Assembly: GCA_963833985.1 (NCBI GenBank)
Contig: CAWIAD010000002.1
Span: 4,096,001 to 4,160,000, forward strand
DNA from: an uncultured Planctomycetaceae bacterium
Lineage (GTDB): Bacteria > Planctomycetota > Planctomycetia > Isosphaerales > Isosphaeraceae
Direction of reading: 5' to 3'
Length of the DNA: 64,000 nucleotides
The notes under the pieces were generated by a model that saw only the letters and a program-made list of their open reading frames with translations, was not told where the DNA came from and did no database searches. This document shows positions 61,933-64,000 of this stretch, one piece after another. Both the position numbers and the translations under genes were made by a program. Position 1 is the first letter of the stretch; each line of letters starts with the position of its first letter.

Positions 61933-64000
61933 ACTCCGACCAAGCTCAGGAGCCGGTCTGCGACTACTGCCAGGCGCCCTTGCCCCTGGGCTGGTGGGGC
62001 CGGACGACCGAGCCGGCCGGGTCCGAGGACTCCCCGCTCTACTGCTGCCTGGGCTGCCGGATGGCCGCGGCCATCGTGCAAGAAACCGGTGAGGCCGGCG
62101 CCGCGCGGGGCATGCTTACGCGGCTGGGCTTGTCGATCTTCTGCGCGATGAACGTCATGGCCTTCACCATGGCGCTCTGGACCGCCGACGTCTACGAGCC
62201 GGCGGGGCAGGGAAGCCCGCTCGGGACCGTCCTGCAAGGACTGTTCCGCTACGTCGCCCTGCTCTTCTCGCTTCCCGTGCTCTTCCTGCTGGGGCTTCCC
62301 CTGGCAAGCGGAACGTGGCAGAGCCTGCGCCGGGGCGTGCTCTCCACCGACGCGCTGCTCTGCCTGGGCGTGGGCGGAGCGTTCGCCGTCTCCTTCTTTT
62401 CGGTCTTCCGCGGTCACGGACCCATCTACTTCGAGGTCGGGTGCGTGATCCTGGTGATGACCGCGCTCGGCCGCTGGCTCGAGGCAACCGGCCGGCTCAA
62501 GGCCAGCTCCGCGCTCGACGCGCTGGCCCGGCTCTTGCCCGACGAGGTTCGCCGCCTTGACGCGGCGACCGGTGCGGAGCAGCGCATCCCGCTGGGGGAT
62601 GTGCAGGTTGGCGACCGGCTGCGCATCCTGCCCGGCGAACGATTCCCCGCCGATGGCCATGTGCACGACAACTCCGCGCTGGTGGATGAGCAGGTCCTCA
62701 CGGGTGAGAGCCGCCCGGTTCTCAAGGAGCCCGGATCACGAGTCTTCGGCGGGACGCTCGACCTCGATGGCGACCTGGTCGTGCGGGTCAGCGCGGTCGG
62801 TGCCGACGGATCGCTGGCCCGGTTGGTGGAGCTCGTCAAGCAGGCGCGCCTGGCCAAGGGACGTTACCAGCGTCTGGTGGACCGGATCTCCTCCTGGTTC
62901 TTGCCGGTGGTCTCCGGGATAGCGGTGCTGGCGTTCTTGCTGCACTGGACCCTCAACTCCATGGAACAGGGCTTGCTAGCGGGTCTGGCCGTCAGCCTGA
63001 TCGCCTGCCCGTGCGCGCTCGGGCTGGCCACGCCTTTGGCCGTCTGGAGCGCGATCGGCCAGGCGGCAAGCCAACAGGTCCTGTTCCGGAACGGCGAGGC
63101 GCTCGAGCGGCTGGCCGGGATCGCCGCGGTCCGGTTCGACAAGACGGGTACCCTCTCGACCGGCTCGGCGGTCGTCAGCGGCTGTGTGTTGGAGCAGCCT
63201 GATGCAGAGGACGAGGTCCTGGCCCGCGCCTCCGCACTGGCCTCGTGCTCCTCTCATGTCTTCGCGCAGGCCATCGAGAATTACTCCCGGCAAGACGATG
63301 CCACGGAGCGCGTGCCTGTGCTGCTCCGCTGCGTGCGCGCCGTCCCCGGCCATGGCGTGACGGGCATTCTTGAAGATGGAAATCTGCATACCTCGATATC
63401 GCTTGGCAGTCCCGCGCTCATGGACGAGCGTGGGCTGCACCTTGGCCCGGCGCTTCAGCGGGCCGCCGACCAGGCCCGTGGACAAGGGCTCTCGTTCTCC
63501 CTGGTGGGCTGGGACGGCCTGCGCGCGGGCTCTTCCTGTTCACCGAGCAGTGGCGGCCTGACTGCCAGCGGGTTCTCAACTGCCTCCAAGGTGCCGGCCT
63601 CGACGTCGGCATCCTCACCGGCGACCACGAGGCACGCGGCCGGGCGATTGCCCGCGACCTCGATGTCACGGTCCACGCGGGGCTGCTGCCGGAGCAAAAG
63701 GTGGCGGCCATCAGACGGGCCCGCGCCGCCTGCGGTCCGGTGGCCATGGTCGGCGACGGTATCAACGATGCCCCGGCGCTGGCCGCCAGCGACATCGGCA
63801 TCGCGCTGGGCTGCGGCACCGACGTCTCGCGTGATTCCGCCGCAATCTGTCTGCTGGCCGATGATCTGGCACGCATTCCCTGGAGCATCGAGCTGGCGCG
63901 GCGGACCATCCGGGTGATTCGCCAGAACCTCTTCTGGGCGTTTGCCTACAACGGCATTGGCGTGGCTTTCGCCGCGCTTGGGGGGCTCTACCCGGCCTTC
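61929..64000 (+). CDS. P1B heavy-metal (Cu) ATPase, CcoI/FixI-like; partial, frameshift at ~63521
   Basis: CDYC..YCCLGC, LTGES, ACPCALGLATP and FDKTGT; after the shift ILTGD, MVGDGINDAPALA and QNLFWAFAYN. Confidence 0.9.

Overview
GC-rich bacterial DNA that reads as a planctomycete, probably Isosphaeraceae-like. This is inferred from four LE(P/D/S)R-xLL-type extracellular proteins, an ECF sigma/Ser-Thr kinase pair, PEP-CTERM proteins and a BlaI/BlaR1 pair. From left to right: a partial Ser/Thr kinase and its ECF sigma factor separated by ~800 bp of two different repeat arrays (about 3.8 x 102-bp tandem units, then five GTAG-type REP palindromes); CtBP-like dehydrogenase; secreted esterase; metallophosphoesterase; TlpA redoxin; GH32; BlaI plus an M56 peptidase fused to HAF repeats and a PEP-CTERM-like tail; a beta-helix surface protein; GH2-CBM32; a kinase-TPR module; an adaptor + 3 glycosyltransferases + ABC operon; a PEP-CTERM gene split by an IS1634-family element; ABC-F, uvrC, a putative toxin/immunity pair and a phosphosugar mutase; a CAP protein; an accessory patch at ~43.3-50.2 kb; a TetR-ybhGFSR-like efflux operon; and a divergent cbb3-type oxidase cluster running off the right edge. 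The accessory patch holds a relic copy of the yjbQ 3' end, hicAB, an IS4 with an 11-bp target duplication, yjbQ, dCTP deaminase plus a small partner gene, a triple trypsin-like protease and a tyrosine recombinase relic. Twelve apparent frameshifts, including in housekeeping genes, are best read as sequencing errors; 9 of 12 lie at GCGC. No rRNA, tRNA or CRISPR array was recognised. All family calls come from motifs read by eye, not from database searches.
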